Shown in pieces: positions 12,656 to 25,621 of a stretch of DNA of 64,000 bases; position 1 is the stretch's first letter, and the number at the start of each line of letters is the position of its first letter. Location: contig CM119371.1 in NCBI GenBank assembly GCA_051294905.1, positions 35,776,001 to 35,840,000 of the forward strand, given 5' to 3'. The translations under genes were made by a program, and so were the position numbers. Under the pieces are notes generated by a model. That model saw only the letters and a list, made by a program, of their open reading frames with translations, was not told the origin of the DNA and searched no databases. The stretch is from Botryllus schlosseri (lineage: Eukaryota).

Positions 12656-14735
12656 CTACTGAGGTTCACCACTCCCCAAGCTCTGCAGGCATCGCTGTCG
12701 GCACGACTCGTCTTCAAAATCAGTCGCTCTTTTATACTCGTCGATGGCAAACTTCCTGTATCTCTCCGAAGAGAGATGTAGATTATTCGACCGACACGCG
12801 AGGCTCAGAGTGTAGAATATATCCCCCGCTGTGCTGTTCGGTCTGTAGTTCGGGCTGTTTACGAGATGTATTAACGCCTTCACGGCTTCACTGCCGCACC
12901 TAATGGCTTCTTCGTAGCAGTCAGTTTTGTGATGCAAGAGAGCGATGAAGCCTAAACATCTGGCGAACGCTACAGTTCTTCTGTCGGTATCCACGCATTC
13001 CACCATCTCCAGTTGAAATGTAATCTCTTTCATCCAAGCAATGACAAGTTTAGCAACAATAAGACGCGATTGCCCGCCGGCTTTCACCATCTCCAACGCT
13101 CCACAAAAAATCCTCGCAACTACGATGTAATGCAGCGCTACACGATCCTCCAGTTTTCCAGAGCTGTATGCTTGGTAGACCGATCTGTAGATAATCAAAG
13201 ACGCGAGATGGCGCCCCCGTGTAGACACTTCGTCACCCCACTCCAACAGTTGATGCAGGGGCGTTGACCAACGTTGCACACATTCATCAAAACACCTCAT
13301 TGTCTTGTCCGCCTCGGTAACCTTCCCAAGATAATGCTCGCACTCTGCCATTAGAAGCAACGTACCCAGATTGTCGGTTGCGTGTTCCCGCTGTGGTAGA
13401 TACGATAGAACTTCGTCATAGCGATTATTTCTTATCAGAGCGTGTGCCAGACCTGCAACAAAAATGCAATCTCAGAAGATTGCCAGCGATGATGACATTG
13501 AATTCAAGGGCGTCGATGTAGGCTATATAGCCTACATATAGCGAAATCTCACAGGCAGTGTCAGTATAAACTGATGTAAAATTTTATTTCACGAATTTCC
13601 GCCATATCGTAGGGTGCGAATCAGGTAAATGGTTTTTAATAATAGTACGATATTTCACACCAAACTATTGTAATGGGAGTAAACGAGCTTAATACAACAA
13701 CCGCAATGCCATGACTCATTACAATTCTCCAAGTCAATAAATTCGTCACTAGAAAAAAAGTATTTGATTTGGCCTGATTTCGGCTCTGAACTGCTACCTA
13801 AGTTAATACCGCCACGTCAACGTTAATTTCAAATACTTCGTGACTAAGTCAACTAGTAGGTTATCACCATGGTACACAATCGTCATTGACGTATAATACC
13901 GGGAAGATCTTCAATCTTACATGGAAACAAGACTTGACTTCCGCGGCTGTTAAGATGCTATGAAAAGCCTGAAGATTCGATCAATTGAAGATTCAATCTA
14001 TGCCTAGATACATAGCTTGAGTCATGCAATAGACACCTCACCTCTGCAAATAGATCTGTCGGCTTCCAGCCGTTTCTTCATAAAGTAAAGGTTTTCTTCG
14101 CTGACTGAAACAAAATTTATTCTGTACCACGGCGCCTCGAATTAGGTGGCGAATGAATTCGTACACACTACATGGCATCGAGTGAAGAAAGTTTAACTTC
14201 AACTGTAACCGTCAAATCTGCCGATTTCTTACCTTTTAATAGTTTGCTGAGCTTGTGAAGGTCCGTGCGGTCAGTGCCGCAAGCCGTGGCGGGTGGTTTG
14301 TCAATTCCTGGTTCGCGATTATCTCTCGCCTCGGCTTCTTCGGATGTCTCTCTCGTTTTCGTCGAAACGGCTACCGGCGTCGGAGTGGATTTTCCGGCCA
14401 ACTCTCGTTGAGCACCCACGTCAGATTCATTACAAGAATACGACTTCGCGAGTTCTCTAACTTTTGCCGATGTTGCAACTCCGTCTCCTTTCCTATCTGT
14501 CCGGATCCACACTCGCAAGGATTTCCCACCCTCGGAGTCAACTGTTAGCTGCCTGATCTCACGCATCGTCCCATCGACTCGGCCTTCGTCCAGAAGGTAG
14601 TTCACGACAGACGATCTGCAAAACATGTCTTGCTAGCATCGATTGGCCATCGACGATCTGGATTTACTTCACAATCAGAATTTAACCGAAGGATTATGTG
14701 AACCAGGCCACTCTCAGAGATTCTATGTATCTAGT

Positions 14736-14771
<36 letters not shown>

Positions 14772-15178
14772 GGTTTATTAATCTTTTCATCGTTTCAAAA
14801 CATCACAAGACTGCTATAAAATGAAAGGGTTGGAAGGTGTCGAAACAACTTGGAGTAGCCTTTAACATCAGACACCCACCTTAGCCTAGGCGAAGTAAAT
14901 AAGGGGCATGCACACTGAATGAAAAGTAACGCAGAGAATACAAGACGCAAGCGACAAAATGAGGTGGCATGTGACGGAGGGCGAGGTCGATGTTAGGTCG
15001 TGGTCCTGTAATCCTGAAGACTGGCTAGCGTAATATACATATTGCGGGCAAAGGTGCAGAGCAATGAATACAAGTTTCAAGTAAAATACAGCATAATGAA
15101 GACTTACCTATATGCATGCCCCATTTTCGTCCGCGAATCGACCTTATCAACCGCTAACACAGCTCTCGTCAAAAGCAT
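12656..15178 (-). CDS. Gene A2, uncharacterised TPR-like helical-repeat protein, 437 aa; exons 15178-15108, 14615-14233, 14104-14042, 13452-12656
   Basis: All introns are GT-AG with compatible phases (2,1,1), and 71+383+63+797=1314 nt stays open to TAG. The last exon includes the 234-aa ORF with TPR-like segments (FARCLGFIALLHHKTDCYEEAIRCGSEAVKAL; AGDIFYTLSLACR...YKRATDF). Confidence 0.8.
14737..15035 (-). mobile_element. 5'-truncated 3' end of an L2/CR1-group LINE with (TTGA)n tail, in intron 1 of A2
   Basis: Reverse complement matches 35150-35400. AATAAA is followed by the microsatellite tail seen as (ATCA)n at 14737-14770. Absent from the A1 intron. Confidence 0.75.
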
Positions 15179-16180
15179 CGCCGTAGTGTCAAGTTAAATG
15201 TGATGTCGCCTTGGCTTAGTTGCTAGTCCAATGATTGTATTAGCGTGCGGCTTATTATTGCAATCGCATACGTGACGGGAGGACCCGTGCGGTGTCTCTT
15301 CAATCCAAACACTGTTCCGTATTCGATGTAGCTATTTATTCGATTATGGAAGAATTTAAATTGAAAGGTCAACATATTTAACTCAAGTTTCCATATACAA
15401 GTTCAGACTAGTGGTTGAACATTATTGAATGGTAACATTTACACATACATATGATAATATCTGAAATCTAGAGTCGTTACCTGAATTCTTCCGATGCTCG
15501 CTAACATTCTGTCAAGCTATCCGAAGAGATTTAGGCAGAGCTTGATTCATAATGTACTGACTGGCCCTAAAGCATGTGCTATTGCAGTGACTGGCCGCAA
15601 AATTCCCATCGGAATCTATAGCGTAACGGCACGACACATGTGCAAGTGCATCCAATGACCATATGCTCGGTTGCAATGCAGGGGAATGATACTCCTAATC
15701 TAGTAGGGCCGAATTTTATCGATTGTTATCGACATATATATTATAACATACGTCGTTCGTCGCCTATATAGATCAAATGCTGGTGCGTCATATTTTGGCT
15801 TGATTAGAGCCTCGCCTGCATCAATCAAGGCTCGTTTAGTAGCTTGGTAACTAGGTTGAGACTACAACCTTACGTGCAATGCCTCTTATTTATTCGAGCC
15901 TACCCTTGAGACACGACCAAAATACGTAAACTATCAATAACCGAATAATATCATAATTTACTAGGCAGAAAGTTTACGTCAACTTCGAGGTAATAGTTAC
16001 GATAAGTTAACAACGGTTATCTGACTAGGTCAGCGGTCTTAAACATGAGGTGCATGAATATTTCGGGATCCGCGGACTATTAGTTTGAAGATTAATACTA
16101 AGACTAACCATACCTTGACCCGCACCCTACTTCAGCCCTAACAATAACCCTCGTGCGAAAGTGCAACATGATCAATTTGC

Positions 16181-16821
16181 CAGGGGTCACCAATTAAGAC
16201 GCGGCCCGCGAGTTCATATTTAGCGGACCTAGATCTCCTAGATCAGATTTCAGAAGAACGCTAAGAAAAGCATTTTGGAACACTAAAATTGATTTCCGTT
16301 TAAATATATTATTGTTGTTCCAAAAGATTCTACTATCTTGTGAGAAATATCACAATTCTTCACTGGCAGTAATATGAATGGGCAGGATCGGGCATATTGC
16401 ATTGACGTGCAATGGCCCAGACACAGCAAAGACCGAGACGCTTAGAAAATGGTTTATTGATTTTCCACATAACGAGAGTTACGATGAGATAGCCTTTCAG
16501 CTAATACCGTTTCTCGATATTCCCAATAACGATTCCGTAGTTGCTGCAGAGCGTTGTCAAGTATCCAGAGCAGCACATAGTCTGAAATAGAATAAAATTG
16601 GTTAATATGAGATTTTTTGCTATATTTGCATGTCTTTAATAAGATAGTACTTCTTTTGTTGTCACTATTCACGTCGCCTATGTTAGAGAGCACAGCGTTG
16701 TACTGATTTAAAGATTTAAAAACGAGCTTGCTAACGTGTGGTTAATTTTATCTCGATATTGCATTCTTGCCGCCAGCAACGAAATTTGGTCCCCTCGTCA
16801 CCCGCTGTGAGTTGGCGACTA
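16181..16821. mobile_element. hAT-type MITE (CAGGGGTCACCAA terminus); internally deleted in the duplicate copy at ~2627-2670
   Basis: Its left part is the reverse complement of 19250-19369. The A1-side duplicate keeps only the two ends. Confidence 0.6.
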
Positions 16822-16829
16822 CTCAATTC

Positions 16830-17375
16830 GTCCATTGAGTAGTGGAACACATTTTTGAAATTAATACTCTCCGTACTCTACACAGTTGTCATTAAAATCG
16901 AATTTAAATTGGTCATTTTCATAATTTCCGGCACGTAGACTTAGACGAACATGCCCCACTTTCCGACTGCCGCATAAGCAAACTATAATCCCCGATTCGC
17001 CGCAATGTATTCCCTCCATAGGTCGTTGATGGACATGAGATGGTCAATATGGCCACAGAGGCATTTCTGTCGAGCGCCCTGTATAGTTGTGAGTCATAAT
17101 ATGGTTTTGCAGGTATACATTCATCTTCATGAAATTATGACTTCATTAAAATGCTAGCAATTTCAATACAATGCCGGGAATTAGTGGGTCAAGTCATTCT
17201 TAAATAAACTGAAACTGTTTCGAAACCCAGAATGTAATGACACCTGGGTATGATTTCATGATTCACCCGGTCGCCTATCTGTGTCAAAACCTCCAATACA
17301 ATCACGATGGTGTTCACGGAAATCTCTTGCAATTAAAGTACACTTTCGTAAAGATCTCGTATCGCACAGGGAAAC
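16830..17375 (-). pseudogene. Second copy of the decayed exon-4-like remnant
   Basis: Duplicate of ~2680-3215. Reads SLCDTR-FTKV near 17372 and LYRAL...CGHID near 17086, compared with gene C ALCEEKQFTKA and LYRAVLETCGNVD. Confidence 0.45.
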
Positions 17376-17807
17376 AGAATTCAAACACAACTAAATTAAT
17401 CGATTGTATCATCGTCGATCAATTATAATACCATGAAAATCATGACGTCATATAGGCCTATAGATCAGACCCGGGCAAAGTACGGACCGCGGACCACTTG
17501 CAGCCCACAAAGCTATTCTGTGCGACCCGCGAAAGTTTGCCTGGAATTCAAAAAATAAAACTTGCTTTTTGAATGACTAAAACTAGCTGTTTCAAATGAA
17601 CATGAAATTCGTTTACTTTGAACCTGTTCAAAGTGTTCATTAATATGCCACAATAACGCTGCCTACGTACCTGACATGCGTAGACCAGATTCAAAATAAA
17701 GGCAATGTGGCAAAGTATGAGTAGCAATTGAAGACACAAGTAATCGCTCTTTTCATATAGTTTAGTTCAAACCGTCGTTGTTGCCATTGTCAAATTACGC
17801 ATTACAC

Positions 17808-19369
17808 CAGGGGTCGCCAACTCAAAACGGGTCGCTGGCCACTTTTGAAATTTCGTACCGGCCGCGGGCCGCATGAATTCAAAATCGATATAAAGTAGGC
17901 AACCACGTTTTAAAACTCTTCGCCAGTACAACACTGTGCTATGCAACATAGGCTATCGGTATGGTATAGTTAGCCAAAAAGAAGTAAAATCTTATCATTA
18001 TAAAGAATAAAAAATACAACAAAGGATCACTGTCATCAATTTCATTTTATTTTGAGCTCTGAGCTGTGCACGATAGCTGAAACGATTTTTGGGGCTAGCG
18101 AGATACGATACTAGCAGAAACAATATCTCCACGCAAAGTTTGATCTTATGGGGAAGCCCGAAGCTAGTGGTTCCCAAACCTTTTTAGACATGCCCCCTTT
18201 ATGATTCTGAAAAAATTAGCACCCCCCCTTATCATCATATCACTAAATGCAGCCATATAACCACGGTTGCCATACCGTCCTTATTTCTAAGATTTGTCCT
18301 TATTTTGAAGGGTCACGTCTTAGAAAACGCAACTGTCCTTATTTCTAAGAAATGTCCTTATTTTCGACTTGCGTCCTTATTTTTTCTTATTTTCAACCAC
18401 TGCAGAACTTTGATCGTTTATCTCTGGTATTTGTGTTGCACAATATTTATAAATTCTGCTTTTGCGTCGAGATTTTATGACATCATAAAGGAAAGGAACT
18501 CTTGTGACGTTCACGCCATAAAATTTGAGTTTTAAGTGGTGAGATAGCTCGGGCCGTGCCCGTGAGTGGTTTCGTCTGTACCAAGCTACGACGGCGGACG
18601 TCATTTTAGCAGTAAACAGTAGTACTCGGTTCCTGCTGTTTGGTCTACAGCAGAATAAGCTCAAGCTGTGGAAAAGGCAGCATTTATTGCGTAGTGCAAT
18701 CGATACATTGGTTAAAAAGCAGTAAGCTGTTAATCATTGATAAATTTTTCTAAATTATATTGCACTTACGTCAACGCTTATTCAGGAAGGGGGGTTGATG
18801 AAGTGCTGTTTCGGTCATGAGTAAAGGTAAATCTAGACCTGAGCTCTCGTGAAATCCATTAAGCAATTTCTAATAACAAGGAGTTGCTGGAAAAGATTGT
18901 TTCTAGCGAATATGCCACGGCTCATAAAAATACAAAGTATGTTCAAAAACGTTTTTTCATGCTAATCTAATTTTTCGACTGTCCTTATTTTTGAGTCTAT
19001 GTCGATGGCAACCCTGCATATGACTGTTGATGACAGAATTCTATACTATGAATTCGTGATTATACACAGAGCAATGTCTATAACTAATTTTAATTCGAGG
19101 TAAATTGCCCAGAGCGCAAAAACATTCTCTGTTCACCGAAGCTCCGCGCTTCCTTCAGATGCTTTTACGTCCCCACAAGGCGGGAGCGCACCCCAGTTTC
19201 AGAACCACTGCTCTATGCCGTTTTCGAAGCGTCACATTCTTTGCAATGTTTGGGCCTTTGCGCTTCAATTTCAGCATTCCAAAATGTTTTCTTAGCTTTC
19301 TTCTGAAATCTCAAATCACGTCGCGCACCGCTAAATACGACCTCGCGGGCCGCGTGTTGGTAACCCTTG
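17808..19369. mobile_element. hAT-type MITE hosting two further nested MITEs (18165-19210 and 18262-19016)
   Basis: Outer element CAGGGGTCGCCAAC...GTTGGTAACCCTTG with TSD CATTACAC/CATTATAC. Innermost element CACGGTTGCCAT...ATGGCAACCCTG with TSD CATATAAC/CATATGAC. Confidence 0.75.
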
Positions 19370-20622
19370 CATTATACGGTATGAGTTTTAATTTGTTACG
19401 TGAAATGTTACCAAATCCCTAATTCGGAAAACAAGTCAATCAGTGCTTGCGATTAGTATATGACTCATCATATCCATCAGTACACATAAAGGATTAACGG
19501 TCATGCCCAAAAAAGAATGCCGAAAACTGAAATTCAAAGAAGGTTTAGGTTTAGAATTTAGAACACTATGTACTATTCCTTATCTGTAGGCTTACTTTCC
19601 ATCATTAGTTGATTGATTCACGTTGATTACGGTCACTCTCCTTACGTAGTGCTGTGAGTAGTTAATCCGTTGTCAGTTGTTCTAGGTATTGGGCCTTGTG
19701 TTATCGTATTTGAACTGTTCCTATACTGTGTATCTCATTTGTCGTCTGCTGCAGAATAAGTTTTAAAAAACCTATCTGTATGTCAGAACACACTAAATAG
19801 GCCTACACTACACTGGAGTCAGGGGTGAACCCGTCCTTTCAGTTTTTTCCGAGCATGTCGCCGAGAATAGGAATTTTAACAAAAGCCGGTCTTATGATAA
19901 AAGCAAGAAACAAAACTCTGTCAAGGGAGGGCGAAGAACAGAAAAACTGCAAGATTCGTTCAACATAAAGGTTATTTAGGCTGCACAGTGCTCGGAAGGC
20001 AGCGACCGAGAAAATAAGCTTTGTACTATTGCATATATATTCCAGTACAGCGGTTCTGAAACTGGGAGACGTGAAGGCATCAGAAGGATGGCGCCGGGGC
20101 CTACGACATTCAGGCTTTATCTCGCACAAGAAACTTGAAAGAGCTAACAGGCCAACGCTGCAAAACAGACATCAGCGATTGACCCAGGAATTGTTTTGAT
20201 TTCGCTTTTTATAACAGACTCGCGCGCAGTATTCATTATTCGGCATGTTCTTGACTTGAAGGGATGTTATGAGCTTTTAAGACCATATTTTACTATTAGG
20301 TAGGCTACCGTCATGCAATTGTGCTACTATGAAGCAGTCCCCTTAGTTTTTGCACTGGTGGCCGATTTTGAATTGTTGTAGAATGATACTGTGTCTAACT
20401 ACAGGGATGACTGTTTCCTTATTGTAGTGGATATATGGTTAGCTGCCGCTCTGAATGGCGTATAGCCATTGGACAGTTGGTAAATAAATCTTTATGTTGC
20501 GATATTATGCATGCACACGACATTTAAAAAAATAATTGCGATGGTAGTTCATGTGGTCCTTCTCACAGTGACTGATTGTATACTTGGTGACCCAAGTGTG
20601 GCTTATGGCTAAATAATCGATA

Positions 20623-22537
20623 ATGGTCAACAAATGCTATGTTTATGGTTGTAAGTCTGGGTATTCGACAGCTAAGAAAGAAGTTTCATCGTTTCAATTT
20701 CCATTTGATGATACGGAGTTACAAATGAAATGGATAGCTTTTGTGAATAGACGCGATTGAAAGTCAACTAAGAATTTTGTAATTTGTGCGTTGCAGTTTG
20801 AATCAAAATACATCAAAGACTGTGGCTTACGAAAAAAGCTACTTTTGGATAGAAAGCCAGTCCCTTCCATTCGATCCGTGCAGGAGCTGCAACGGCCTTC
20901 ACTGATCCCGACTGTGTCTCCCAGCACAAAACAATCAAAAAGAAAGGATATTCCAGAAAGATGAGTTGAAAGATTTCAAGCCGTCCGATAAAATAAGCAG
21001 CTTATCAGATTTGACTGAGTCACATGCTCCACAAGGCTATACCATGTACAAAAGAGATAATGAATAGGGCCTATGTGATTTTCTACCATTTGGAATTCAA
21101 TGATGTCCCGAAGGTGTCGGAGAGCATAGGGATTTATGATTAGTTGCATGTCAAATTGCAGTGTGATGGAAAGAATGTTCCTTTGCCACCTCGGTTCACA
21201 CAAGGCACCAATGCTACCCTGACTAGATTTGGTGCTTTACTAAACTTTCCGCAATATCTCAAAAATCTCCGTGAAAATTCGCACCCTAATTTACCGGACG
21301 AGCTTCAAAATCTAATATATTACGAGACTGATGACCATGCTCATATTCGATATTCATCCGAAATGATTCGTTTTGTTCTACTACTTCGGTACACATCTGC
21401 ACAAGCTTATAAAATACTTACAAGAAGCATTCCTTTCCATCAATGTCAACCTTGAGTCGATACAGCGAAGGGAGCTTTGACGCGGTTAAAGTCCTGGAAA
21501 TTATGAAAGAAAAAGGCGAAATCTCCACTGACATAATTTTGATGGTAGATGAGATGTAGTTACAGACAGGTGTTGAATATCATGCTGGTAAATATTATGG
21601 AGCAGATGAAAGCAGTAACCTATATAAAGGTGTTGTTGTAATGATGGTCAATGGTCTCAAAAAATCAACATCAATCGTGGTGAAGGCACTGCCAGAGACC
21701 GAAATTACGGGAAAATGGTTAGCAGACGAATTGCTGGATTGTATTGCTGCTCTCAATCGCCACGGATTTTTTGTTCGAGGACTTGTGTCGGATAATCATC
21801 CATCCAATGTGAAAGCATTTGCAGTAATGAGAGAAAAATACCCTGGCAATGATGTGTTCTCTCTTCATCTTCCATCCTGTGCCAAGAAAACGTATCTATT
21901 TTTTTATTCTGTCCATCTTGTAAAGAACATTCGAAACAATTTGCTCCGAGCCAAAAAATTGTTTTTCCTGCATTCCCATTCACCGTTCATTGTTTGAGTA
22001 TATCATCGCCCGGTGGATTCATTGCATGGAGCGATCTTCACACAATCAGAGATTGTGACGATAAGCTGGATTCGAATTTACGTGAAGCGCCAAAATTAAC
22101 GTTTGCCTCATCGCATCCAAGCAATAACAAACAGAATGTCAATTTGGCTTTTGCTCCATTCCACGAGTCGACTATCGCAGCGAGCAAAAGTTACTTGCCT
22201 CACAGGGAAGATATTGCTTAATTTTGGAGTCTTATTAATGCTTGGTGGACAATCGTAAATTCCTGTAACAGAAATTCAGGAAACCCCAAGGCCAAATCAG
22301 TGGTCCCACAAGATAGCAAAATCAATTTCCAACAAGATTTCGCGAATTGGCTGATAAAATGGAATGGATATAACCCCCAGAATTATTGTTTGTCGAAGCA
22401 AACCTTATATAGCCTACTCTGATTAAAACGCTGCAGTCACAATCGCTGCTTATGAAGGACTTGTTAACAGAGAGGGGTATGGATATGAGATTCTGAGAAA
22501 ATTCCAAAGTGACCCAATTGAAAGAAGGTTCTCACGG
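20623..22537 (+). mobile_element. Decayed P-element (THAP9-like) transposase pseudogene
   Basis: N-terminal THAP finger MVNKCYVYGC...FQFP...W...ICALQFE...PVPSI, followed by RYSSEMIRFVLLLRYTSAQAYKIL, LMVDEM, VRGLVSDNHPSN, SVHLVKNIRNNL and FQSDPIERRFS, in the order expected for P transposases. Many stops and frameshifts; TIRs not found. Confidence 0.85.
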
Positions 22538-25005
22538 TGTAATCAGTGGGTCCTGATATTATCCAAGGAAGAAACTGTAGCAATGCACTTCACACGTAAG
22601 CGCAACATTCCCCCCATCTTGGCGGTTCGGAAATCCCGTTTGTGGAAACATTCAAGTACCTTCACCTCGGTGTTGTTTTTGACAGAAGACTCTCATACAA
22701 AGTTCACATTGAATATGTCTCGTCCAAGTGTTGTAAGAGGCTCAACGTACTGAGAGTCTTGAGTGGCACGAGTTGGGGAGCCAGCAAGAGAACCCTTTTG
22801 CGCGTCTACCGTTCACTCAGAAGATCTATCATGGACAATGGTTTGACTGCATACTACTTTGCGCCTGTAACCACCACAAGAAGCTGCAATCGATCCAGAA
22901 TAAAGCCATTCGGATCTGTACCAATGCAATGACCGGTACCCCGACATGTGTGCTCCAGGCCAACTGTCACGAGATTCCTTTTCATCTCCGACACCTTCTA
23001 ACCTCGATGAATTGATCGATGTCATATTTTGAATCAAGTGTGCCTGGGAGTGAATTTGTCAAGCATATAGTTCAAGACAACTGGCATGGGATTTACGAGA
23101 CCTAACTTTCGAACGTTCAATACGCTCACGAACTCGTCGCTATTTGAAGGCACCATATTGGACAAGTACCACTTCCCATCTATTCCACCTTGGTTTCTGC
23201 CGCAGCCACACGTTGACCTCTGCCTTCTGCACGAGTCTTCTTCCGGCGATGTATCAGAATCTTCCAACCAGATCTGTTTGAGTCATGTGGCCGACCAATT
23301 AGTCGGATACACTCCAATTTATACCGACGGGTCTAAATCAAGCATTGGAGCAGGAGTAGCATTTTTTATTCCGTCACTCGCAGTATAAGATGTCCATCGT
23401 TGCCCCAGCGAGCAATCTGTTTTTTTCACGGAACTCATTGCGATCCAACGGGCTGTCAGCTGGATCTGCAGAAGTTCTCTGACGACGAATAACTTCCTGA
23501 TCATGTCCGACTGCTTCATTGCTGTGCTGTGCATTCGCAACTCTAATTTTCAGCCCCACAGCAGACTGGTTGAGGAAACTCTCTCATCTCGTCTCGATTT
23601 ACGACAGCGAAGGATCGACGTGGCATTTTTGTGGATTCCAGGGCACGCCGGGATCAGCGGAAACGAGGAAGCCGACAGGCTAGCGAAAACAGCCTCTTCC
23701 TCCTAGTTCAATATCGCCCAGGAATTGCCGATATTATCAAAACATGTGGTGCGGAAGATCATCCGGCGGCACTGTATATTTCTATGGAACGAAGAATTTC
23801 AAGCATCCGACAACGGACATCATTATAAAATTTTTAAGCCACCTAATGGGAACAAACCGCTGGTACTTAGAAACCGCGTAGAAGAAAGTATCCTTTTTCG
23901 TTTTCAGTCCGGCCACTGTCGTCTGAATAGCCATTTGATTAGAATAGGTTCAGTGAAATCTCCGATTTGCTCGCTTCGTCGGTATCCAGAAACCATCGAA
24001 CATTTTTTGATCCGCTGCTCCAAATATGATTTCCGTCATACTTTCCTCATTGCTAAATGTGCTGAATTGAATGTTGATTTTCGCCTTGAAATTCTCCTCG
24101 CCGAAGATCAAATCATCCCTTTCACAATTAAACTTGTGATATCATTACGGCGATTTTTTTGACATGTCAAAAAAGTCAAAATTAGGTCAAAATTGTAGCG
24201 TTAGGTCAGAAAAATTCAGTTACAATTGTTTACAAACTCAAAAAAATTTTACAAGCTGCAATTAGTTTGTATCGTAGATTTTGGGCTGTCGGTGAACTTC
24301 GACATTTGACAGCGTGCAGCCTATTTCATAGGCCCACCGTTGTAGACGGCCCATTGTCTGCTCATTGTGAATCATAAACATTCAAATGGAACAAATAGGT
24401 TGACATGGTGTTATGATCCACGTACCGCAATATCCTAACTGAAGCAAGACTGCGTGGGCATTGCATGGTTCTTATATCAAGAAGCGCATTAGGAAAAATT
24501 GTGACAATTTGTCAGAGTGAAGCAACACGGCGTGTCACCAGTAGTGTATACGCACATTCTTGGCAAGCTACTTAGTAAGGACAGACACTTTCTACCCGAG
24601 AATGTAGGAAGTATCTTTCATTGTATACAACAAATTTAAATTATTTCTAGCGTAATACGTGATGTAACTACTGGAATTCTTCATAGTTCCAGATTCGGCT
24701 AAAATAAAGTTTTCTCACGAAAAAATTTGTCTGTTTTTGAGTCAAAAAAGTTTTTTCAGGTCAAATTACTTCCTAAGGACGGACAGTTCGATCCAGAAAA
24801 TAAGATAAGTGGTACAATTCTAACATTATTCGAGAAAACACCTAATTTGCATACGTCAGGTCAAAATGTGGTCAATATTAAGTTTATTAGGGTCAAAAAA
24901 TGGCCCTAGTTATCACGCAACCGTAATTTGTGAATGGCCGTGAATGTTTTATTTTCCACCGCTCCGAACTTTCCTTTTTCGGGCCTTGATATTCTTTCGT
25001 TTCTC
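22538..25005 (+). mobile_element. 5'-truncated non-LTR retrotransposon of the RNase H-bearing I group (RT C-terminus, RNase H, C-terminal Zn knuckle) plus ~840 bp of 3' sequence
   Basis: KYLHLGVVFDRRLSYKVHI...LSGTSWGA; RNase H motifs IYTDGSK, TELIAI, IMSDC, LWIPGHAGISGNEEADRLAK; then CSLRRYPETIEHFLIRC. The frame is broken by stops and frameshifts. Confidence 0.9.
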
Positions 25006-25621
25006 TGAAATGGTATATCTTAAATATTATGTTTATCCAATGCGTACGCCATCATTGATTGCTTATAATTTCTTACGCCATTATTGAACGTGGTGCAAAA
25101 GACCAACGGGCGATAAGCGTCAAATTTTTCTTTCAATAAACAACAACAATCTCGTTCGAAACATTCTGTGGAAAATAACCCGAGCTAGCGTGATCGGAGT
25201 ATTTTTACGGGGATTTAATTAGCGATCTGAAAGCGCAATTAATTTTAAATGAATTGTAATAATCCATGAAAACATGATGAAAACATTGTCGGCATATATT
25301 GCGCACGTAGCGCGACAAAAAGCTTTTGGATTGGTCTGATTTTGTTGAATGTTAATTTGCAATGAGAACTTAGGGATATATAGAACTTTTGCTCCACTAT
25401 ATAATCACGTGTCCCACTGCACCCTCTACTGCGACACCATTTTCCGCAGCACCCCACATACCGTCCCCTGAGCAGAACGCCCCAATATCGATCCTTGAGC
25501 GTTTCCGTCCCCTTCAAAATCCAAATCGCTCCTCGGGGCCGCTGGCGACCAGGTTGAGAAACACTGTCTTACGGTCACTTTCTGGATGAAATGGCTGCGA
25601 CGAAAATTGTTTTCATGGTTT

